Source: Eledone cirrhosa (taxonomy: Eukaryota). Taken from it: DNA of 64,000 bases. The notes beneath the pieces are model-generated. The model searched no databases and had not been told where the DNA came from. It worked only from the letters and a program-made list of their open reading frames with translations. The stretch spans positions 51,522,001 to 51,586,000 of the forward strand of contig OZ024742.1 in NCBI GenBank assembly GCA_964016885.1, given 5' to 3'. A program made the translations under genes and the position numbers. Shown here one piece after another: positions 52,878-64,000 of this stretch (position 1 is the stretch's first letter; the number at the start of each line of letters is the position of its first letter).

Positions 52878-53129
52878 AAATAACTTATAGAGAACCAGCA
52901 CTGTCTGTTTCGTTCGAAAGGAATCTTCGGGATGATTTCTGACGAATGAAACTAATCTAGTCATGTAAGACTGTTGTACATACATGGTGAAAGACTAAAA
53001 CTATGTATTATGGAAATATACACACGCGCGCACACATGCACACACAAACAAATATATATACACACATATATAAATATATATGTATATACATGTGTATGTG
53101 TTTGTATGTATGTATGTATGTATGTATGT

Positions 53130-53690
53130 ATCCCATGGTCGGGTCGTTGGCGACTAAACTGGCAACCCCACCAAGGTTTCTTGGTGAGGAGGGTGACTTT
53201 GGACATCCTGCAGGACTAAAAACAAAACCTGTCAAAGGGCAAAGGAGCTCTTAAGAGTCAATGGCCATCCAAAATCACCGGGAGAGATGACCCCTTAGCC
53301 TTTGTCAAGGCAGAATTCTAGGAGAAGGAAAACTCTGATATAACACCTGCAACCCTGATGGTATCCAATGATGTTGACTTGTTCTTCTTTTTGGTAAATA
53401 TCATCTTGGTTAAGAGAGTGGGACTGGCTTTGTGCAGTGCCTTTGCTCACTATAAAAGCTTCACGGCACAGGCATTGCTTTATATCTGAAGATCTCTCTG
53501 CACTTGTCGTCACATGGTACCATGGGCCCAGCACTATGTGTCAGTAATTGTCACAAGTGTAGTGTTTGTACCAGAGTTTTCAAGTCGCTGGCTGGACTAA
53601 AAAGTCACACGCGTTCAGCGCATCGGTAGGGGTTCTCCTACATGGATATAAAGTAGTGGCCGTACTCGAAAACGAGTTGGCAGCCACCAT
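53130..53690 (+). mobile_element. Dispersed repeat in (GTAT)n, possibly RTE 5'-UTR-like
   Basis: Shares sequence with 19198-19575; flanked by (ATGT)n on both sides. Confidence 0.6.
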
Positions 53691-55275
53691 GTATGTATGT
53701 ATGTATGTATGTATGTATGTATGTATCAAGCCTGATTGTGTGAATGTGATTAAAATAACTGCACTTTTCCAATTTCGCAAGATATTTGCTCATAAATAAA
53801 AAGTCTTCCATCTAATTTATCATCATATTTCTTTTTGTACTAAAAATATATTTCAAACCTCTCTCGGTTTGAGCTTTGTCATGCAGTATGACTAAACGGC
53901 TTATGATGAGAAAGAATATATAAACCTCCAAGGATGTTTGTGCATATTAAAGTATTGGCTTTATACACACTTTCCACCTAAGCTCCTTTGCATATTAATT
54001 AACAATTGCATTTGCCAGAAGCATTACATAACATTCAACCTTGCATATTTCTACGTGATTCAGTTTAGCCGTAAGTTGTATTATATATATTTCAATATAA
54101 CATTCTAACATCTATATCTTCATTATTGATAGGGAGTATAAAAATAATAGAAACCGTTATTCTTCCATAGCTTGAGTCTTGATTCTGTTTAAATCCGGTG
54201 AGTTTTCCCCATCTCATTTTAATAGAACTCTACTCCCATCTCCATTGATTGTAGAGCTCTGTCTGTTTAACGTCATTCAAAATCAGAATTGCTAGCTCAT
54301 GTTTACGGAGATTGCAACAATCAATAACTGGGAAAAATGCCACAATGAAACATAATACATAGTTACTTATTGTTTGAAATGCATCAACCATGTCATTTAT
54401 TTAAGTTGAAGCAATCGCTCAAATAATGATTACATTTCTATTTATTTGTTCTTTTTAACGTTTCCTTTTTTTAAGTGTTTCTTATAGTGAAGCATCGATA
54501 CGTAAATTAAACCAGATATTTGATACTAAAAATTCATGTAAAATCATAACAAAGTCCGATATTATATTTACAAATAAATAACAATATACAGAAATCGAAT
54601 AGTTATATCAATTATTATACAGATAAGGGCATTAGCGAAACTTCATCAATGTAAAGTATATTTAGCTGTTATATTCGTTTACTTTCATTTCATTAAATAT
54701 TTTAAATGTATATATTTAGTTACCTCGCAATTAGAATTATAATGAAATATATATGTTGCTTATAATTTAAACATGTAGTGTATTCTCATTCAAAATACAA
54801 GTCGAAATATATGATGAATGTGTATGTAGAATGTTTTTGAAACTTAAACCAATCCATTGCATTCTTAGAAACCTATGTACATTGCTGCTAGTGCCACAGT
54901 ATTTCAACCATATCAGTGACATTATTTGTCCCACTACGATTTTTTTATGTCTGATAAAAATTAATTTTGTCAGTCATTTAACAAAAGGAGAAATGGCGCA
55001 TGAGCTTATGAATATAGTGAAATTGTAAATAATTACTGTAATGTATTATTGTTAGATATACACATATTAATCTGGCATGCTGATACTTAACTTCACCTAC
55101 AAAGAGACGCACAGCACACGCGTGCGTATAATTTATGTATATATATATAATTGGTTGGTGTTGGATTGTTAAAGGGCCCGTATGCGGTAGGCCGTTTGAG
55201 TACTCGATGCTCTCCTGTTTGTAATATGTCCAATAAATTCCATTCGTCGCAACACTGATTCTCTTTTTTTCTGTG

Positions 55276-55712
<437 letters not shown>

Positions 55713-55725
55713 TGAGTATATACGT

Positions 55726-55843
<118 letters not shown>

Positions 55844-55865
55844 CGTTTCTGAATTCGGTTAGCAA

Positions 55866-57257
55866 GATTCTTTATCTGAAATCGTGTGTTGAAACCCATA
55901 TTGTTATCCTTTGGGAGGGTCATGTTGCCAATAAGAAACACACGCACCAGTTGCTTTCACTTCAATTTATTATAATAAATTTATAAGTTTATAAATTTCT
56001 GGTTGGTTGGTTCCACAACCAGATAGTTGTTTATATATTGTCATAGTTCTTTCGTCACACACTCTGTGAGCTCTTCAGTGACTGGGGATTCTTTTCTTTG
56101 TTTTTGTGCCTCTCCTTTGTTCTGTCCTACGCCATTTTGTTTATGTGTGTGTGGTGTGTGCTCAGTCTGCGCATGCGCCACATCCGGGTGTCTGTGTGTG
56201 TTTATGTTCATTTATTTATTTGTTTATTTACATGTTACTGGTTGGTTGTTTGTTCTATGTGTGTGTGTGTTTTCATTTTGTCCTTAATTGTAAGTTGTGA
56301 TGTTGCTGTTCCACTCATATTTTCTATTTAATTTTGGTTGTAATTCTTTTATGTTTATTGGTTTATTGCCTCTGTGATTTGTCTAAACATTGCGTCTTTT
56401 CTGTGTGTAGATTCTATTTTTATATCTATGTTCTCTAATTTACCCTTGTGTTCTATTTTAGCATGTTGGTAGAGTACAGATGATTCTTTACTATCTTGAA
56501 TGTCTCGCGAGTGTTTATTTATCCGTTCCCCTACGCTACGAGCTGTCTCACCTATGTACACTATATTTTTGTCTCTACATTGTCCAAAAAAAAAAAATAT
56601 TATATAGTGTACATAGGTGAGACAGCTCGTAGTGTAGGGGAACGGATAAATGAACACTGGCGAGACCTTCAAGATAGTAAAGAATCATCTGTACTCTACC
56701 AACATGCTAAAATAGAACACAAGGGTAAATTAGAGAACATAGAAATAAAAATAGAATCTACACACAGAAAAGACGCAATGTTTAGACAAATCACAGAGGC
56801 AATAAACATAAAAGAATTACAACCAAAATTAAATAGAAAATATGAGTGGACAGTAACATCACAATTTACAATTAAGGACAAAATGAAAACACACACACAC
56901 ATAGAACAAACAACTAACCAGTAACATGTAAATAAACAAATAAATAAATGAACATAAACACACACAGACACCCGGATGTGGCGCATGCGCAGACTGAGCA
57001 CACAACACACACACAGAAACAAAATGGCGTAGGACAGAACAAAGGAGAGGCACAAAAACAAAGAAAATAATCCCCAGTCACTGAAGAGGTCACAGAGTGT
57101 GTGACGAAAGAACTATGACAATATATAAACAACTATATGGTTGTGGAACCAACCAACCAACCAGAAATTTATAAATTTATAAATTTATTATAATAAATTG
57201 AAGTGAAAGCAACTGGTGCGTGTGTTTCTTATTGGCAACATGACCCTCCCAAAGTAT

Positions 57258-57265
<8 letters not shown>
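55866..57265. mobile_element. 1.4-kb head-to-head palindrome of PLE 3' ends (GIY-YIG C-terminus plus pLTR), same family as 30.1-34.2 kb
   Basis: ORFs 56355-56672 (-) and 56496-56924 (+) encode the same YIGET..RQITEAIN peptide. Centre is an A-run ~56585-56600. Confidence 0.9.
57077..57119 (+). ncRNA. Minimal hammerhead (mirror at 56040-56082)
   Basis: GTCA-CTGAAGA-G-GTCACA-GAGTG-TGTGAC-GAAA-GAAC-TA|TGAC. Confidence 0.8.
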
Positions 57266-57311
<46 letters not shown>

Positions 57312-58099
57312 GTTAGACATGACGGTACTTGAAATAGAGGGATGCAATTTGAATTGTCGCAATACTTGAATGCCATTTTATGCGTAATTTCCCATTCCTG
57401 ACATATCAGCTGCCATATTGGACATATGTGTGGGTGGCCCTGCATATATGTTTGTATGCATATGTGTTTGTGTGTGTGCGTGGTTAATTATATATACATG
57501 TGTGTTTAAGTGCGTGTGCATACTGTTCATTGTATAGCCTTCTAATGTATTCGATGCTCAGCTTTTATAGCTTAAATAAGCGTTTTTGCACTTAGAACAA
57601 ACTTATGACAGTCATGATCACACTGTATGGATTACATCCATCTTCGTTCTCTCTTTACAAATCAAGAATTCGTAGAGAAAAGAAAATCATATTAAGAATG
57701 TATAATGTCAGCTGAAATGTATAAATGTCAATATCTATTTGGTGAGTAAAAGCGATACTTTAACCTTCTATACATATATAGGCAATGAGCACGGTCACAT
57801 TTACAATAAATGCTAAAATAGATGGGAACACTGCACATTTCATATTGACATATGGAGAACAAAATCTTCTACATATGTGGAAAGACTCTATATGTTTCCC
57901 AATCATTATCCGCTTATTTATGGCTAACGGAATCACTGCTCGGTTTTTTTATTGTTAACACAGAGTGTATATGGATATGCTGACTCCTTTTCCATTGAAA
58001 TGTGAATGGACCCTTTGATGACCGACATAGATTCCTCAATACAAATGCTTACAATTTGATGATTTCATTGTTACTTATTTCAAGAGCTATCGCAATTAA

Positions 58100-59460
58100 A
58101 CTTTATTTTAGGATCTGAAGTCGAATTTCAGCTTAACCGTAAAATTCGTTCATGTCTTACCTTTGAACGCCCCCACTGTCTCTGCTGTTACGTTTGGACA
58201 CTGCTTGTACCGCAAGACAGAGGACTTATGCAAAGTCAATCTTCGTAAGCCACATTCTTTGCTCGGATGGTATATTTGACCTCTTCATTGATACACGTGG
58301 TCCACTTGCTACCCGGCTCTACACCAAGCTACACTCAGCCGCAGCATATAACAGCCGAAGCAGAAGTTGCCGAGCTGGACAGTTTCCACTTAATTTCAAA
58401 TTCCTCAGTTTGCTCGAAAATAGCTCTGAATTTGGATGCAATACTATCGGAAAACCTACACTTTCAGGTTTTATGTGATCTATTGGTTTAGATAGTCGCA
58501 TATAACTGCATATAGCTGCATATAACTTGATGATGATCATTTAACAGGTCAGGTCATCTTTTAACACAAACACCCAGCACAGAATCGTTGAGATAAGAGA
58601 CAGTAACAGATTAAATTATTGAACGTTGTCGTTAATTCATTCCCCTTTTATCATGAGTATTTATGGATGTATTTGTGCTGAAAGTAGTTTTTAATATAGG
58701 AAACATTACAAGAGCAGAAGTCTGATAGGGACTCACCATTCATATTTAGATCGAAATGGCGGTTGGTCACTGCCAGCACATGTGGGGCATTGATGTCTGA
58801 CAGCTATGGCTTATGAGTACCCTCACTCCCACCGGTGCAGTCATTTCTGGGGCTACACCTACATAGTTGGGTGTCCATCCTCCATTGAAATCTACAGTAA
58901 CAGAACCATGAAACTTACTTGAGGAAACCCCAAGTATATACAGCTGGTGGGTATCTTGCCTCCTCCACTAGTTTCTGCTACTTTTCTGTAACAGTAGTCA
59001 CGTTCTAGTTACCAATTGCTAAGGTTTGCTCCCTTCCGGACTTTAATTGGTGTCTCGGGGTAGGTATCCTTTGTAATACCATCCCTAGCCTCCCATGACA
59101 GATTGCAAGCCGATTGCCAGTTTCTGGAGAATTCATTGGAGATTAAAATATAGTTTTCGAACAGGCCTCTCTAAGTAAGTCGTGAACGTGACCTATGTTA
59201 TTCCACGTAAAGGACGATGCTGCATCTCGTTTTTCACTTTTGTTGTGTTTAGTCATTTTTCAATATTCCGGTGCTCTCATCCGCACCAGTCACCAAGTTG
59301 GTACTTTTTTCAGACCTGTGAAGACTGCACAGATTTTATAGGCGGCCGTATCACGCTTCGTCGGAGCTACATAATTGGGTTGAGAGCTTGTTTTTATTTT
59401 GGTGGGAAGCATACTCTGTCATGGATTGCACCATCTCCCCATATAGCCGGCTTATAACAC
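58100..59460 (-). pseudogene. Decayed APE-type LINE fragment related to 25450-26620
   Basis: Minus frame SDSIASKFRAIFEQTEEFEIKWKL.. parallels TDTIASKSREKPAQSEAIEMDWRL; shared ATTAC.AGAGCAGAAGTCT.AT DNA motif. Confidence 0.55.
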
Positions 59461-60149
59461 AAATATTTCTCAATTCTGATAGTTGTATCACTATCGGCCA
59501 CCTGTGAGCCTTTCTCTAGCAGTACAGCTAAATGAGAATCTATAATTAGTATTTTCCTAAGCAATTATCAATCAACACATTTTGATTATAATGTGGGTTT
59601 ACATATTATTTGGCAACTAATATTTACTAGAATCTTGTAGCAACAAGAACACAGCGTCAAGAGGCTAGAAATAATTGTTTTTACCTTAGTAAAAACAATT
59701 ATTAATGTATTTATTGTCAGGTCCCAAAAGAAATAGAAATAAATGTGGAGGTTTTCTATTCAGCTAGAGATGAATGCATTACATTCATGTATTATCAATA
59801 ATTTGATGAAGTTGTCAGCAATGTATTCACACCACCACATATATGCCAGTTCGGTTGTGAAATAGTCCATAGAAAATGGAAATATTTAAGGAGAGCTAGA
59901 AGGGTGCTGAGAATAGTTTATGTGCAACCTTTCAGAGAAGTTGAATTGAAAACACCAATTCAAGTGCATATGCTGCCTTCCATTAGTGTATAAAATTAAG
60001 CTTTTGAAAGGAAACGCTTATTGACAGGTCATGTACACCTATTTATATGGTATGGATATATGTTTATATAAAGCAGAATTCTGTTATTCCGATAATTTTG
60101 ATATCAGGAAAGTATGCGAGAAAGTGAGTGTAAATGAATATTAGGTGGT

Positions 60150-62250
<2,101 letters not shown>

Positions 62251-62262
62251 ATATATATATAG

Positions 62263-63036
62263 TAATAATAATAAATTTGAAGACTAAAATCCAAAGAGGG
62301 TTCGATATGGATAAATATATATCAAATATATAAGAACAGTAGAGCAAATATTTATTAAAATAAAAGATTAAAGTTTAAGCAAAGAATCGCTGCTCTGCTT
62401 TCACCCTTAACGGTATCTTCTGAAACTAACAAAGTCAATCTGTGAACGCTGATGTCAATATTTCAAAAAAGGTTGCAACCGGAGGAAGGCAGGAAGTCGA
62501 TGTTTGGTTCGTGGAAACGTACGCTGGCAAAGAACGGGAAAAAACGAATATATACGTCATTATTTGGAGCGGTGTAAAAAATGTACACGCAAAGACAAAA
62601 CCACGTTTATGGTATAAAAGAGGTCGTACACTAATATTCTATTAACTGGTTCAGAGAGACGTTCTCAGGCAATGAACGGAAAACACGAAGATAATACGTC
62701 ATATTTGGACCGGGGAGAACAATTGCACGCAAAGACAAAACCACGTAAATGGTATAACTGAAGTCCTAGACTAGAATTCTAAATAGGAAACCGAATAATT
62801 CTCGGTGTCAGAGTTAAGAATAAAGTAAATAAAATACAGAGGTAATTGAGATAAATATATATATACACGCATGCATATACCTACATACACAAGCATACGC
62901 AAAACACTCGGCATAGGTATACAAATACACGCACGTACACAAAAAAAACCCGCACGCACATACAGAACCCAAGCAACGCCTGTACCCGCATGCATACGAA
63001 TGTATACAACAAATACACATAAAAATATATATAAAA

Positions 63037-63067
<31 letters not shown>

Positions 63068-64000
63068 CGTGTATACATATAATTAATTAAACGTATATAA
63101 ATAAATAAATACGTATATAACAAGCGCACACAAATACCTACATGTAAATACACATATGTTCGGAGACGCACGTCAACCAAAACATGACGTACACATATAC
63201 ACACACCCTACATACGTACGAACCAGCATACTCACACAGATGCAAAACTCACGTATACACATAACCAAAAGCATGTGTACCAGAATATATAAGATATACG
63301 CCATAACATATACAATCAAGTATACGTACGAGAAAGTATACGTACCTTCACAAAACACACAGGTAATATATACTTACCTATACAAATAAGTAATGGTATA
63401 AACATAACATATACTTAGCTACCACATCAGGACGTCACATATCCACCTATAGTTCGTACTATCCGTTAGGGTATAATGTGAGTCTGTAATACAGGAAAAT
63501 GTTGTGCAATTTATGTTTACAAGCCGAAATTGCCTCAAATTGTTTGTTTAAGATGTGGTCTTTGGCGTAGAGTATTTCCAGGGCCTCAGCGGCGCAGAGG
63601 TCACATGGTCTTTTATTTCCGTTATAGGATCTGCCCCTAGCTAGGATCTCCCAGTGTAACTTATATTGGGTGTGGTTGTCTTTTAGACTCCAGATATAAG
63701 CTGAAAGTGACGTCATATTCCTTCTTAAAGGGTAACGAAAAGGATGGGAATGCATGTAAAGATGCTGCTTGAATCTATTGACGGTTAACCCTATGTAGGC
63801 CCTACGGGACGTGGGTGTTTCAACCTTACATGTGTAGACAATGTTACTAGAGAGGCATTTCCCGGATAGGGGGCAGTCAACCCGATTCTTACAATTACAG
63901 TTAGTACTAACTACAGGGTTGCACGTGTTCCTACGGCTAGGTAGTTTAGCTAAATTTGAAGCTGTCATGTTATGTGCAAGGTTAGGAGTCGTAGAGTAAG
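62263..64000 (-). mobile_element. PLE 3' end (GIY-YIG, 3' UTR, pLTR), same family as 20995-22700; runs off the window
   Basis: ORF 63459-63968 CNCKNRVDCPLSGKC..IVY..YIG; DNA is colinear with 20995-22690. Confidence 0.88.

Noticed and set aside
52890-52935. CCGAAGA..GAACGAAAC on the minus strand
   Set aside because: No stem I or valid cleavage triplet found.

Overview
Eukaryotic, AT-rich, microsatellite-saturated DNA with no complete host gene. The repeat landscape (tRNA-SINEs, Penelope, RTE, R4/Dong, Tx1, long (TA)n) suggests a cephalopod/octopus-type genome; this is inference. It contains decayed Penelope-like elements (PLEs) of several families, a near full-length Tx1 LINE tail-to-tail with an R4/Dong LINE in (TAA)n, RTE fragments, SINEs and one candidate host exon. 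The hidden layer, read by eye, is roughly 25 hammerhead-ribozyme (HHR) motifs from about a dozen unrelated repeat families. Many lie in ORF-less ~480-590 bp monomers arranged as tandem plus fold-back arrays (retrozyme-like). Core variants include U3-A8 covariation, a family-wide U4A change, and one family with its three strands in a non-circularly permuted (pseudoknotted) order. Repeat boundaries are approximate. All folds were made by hand and none is tested.
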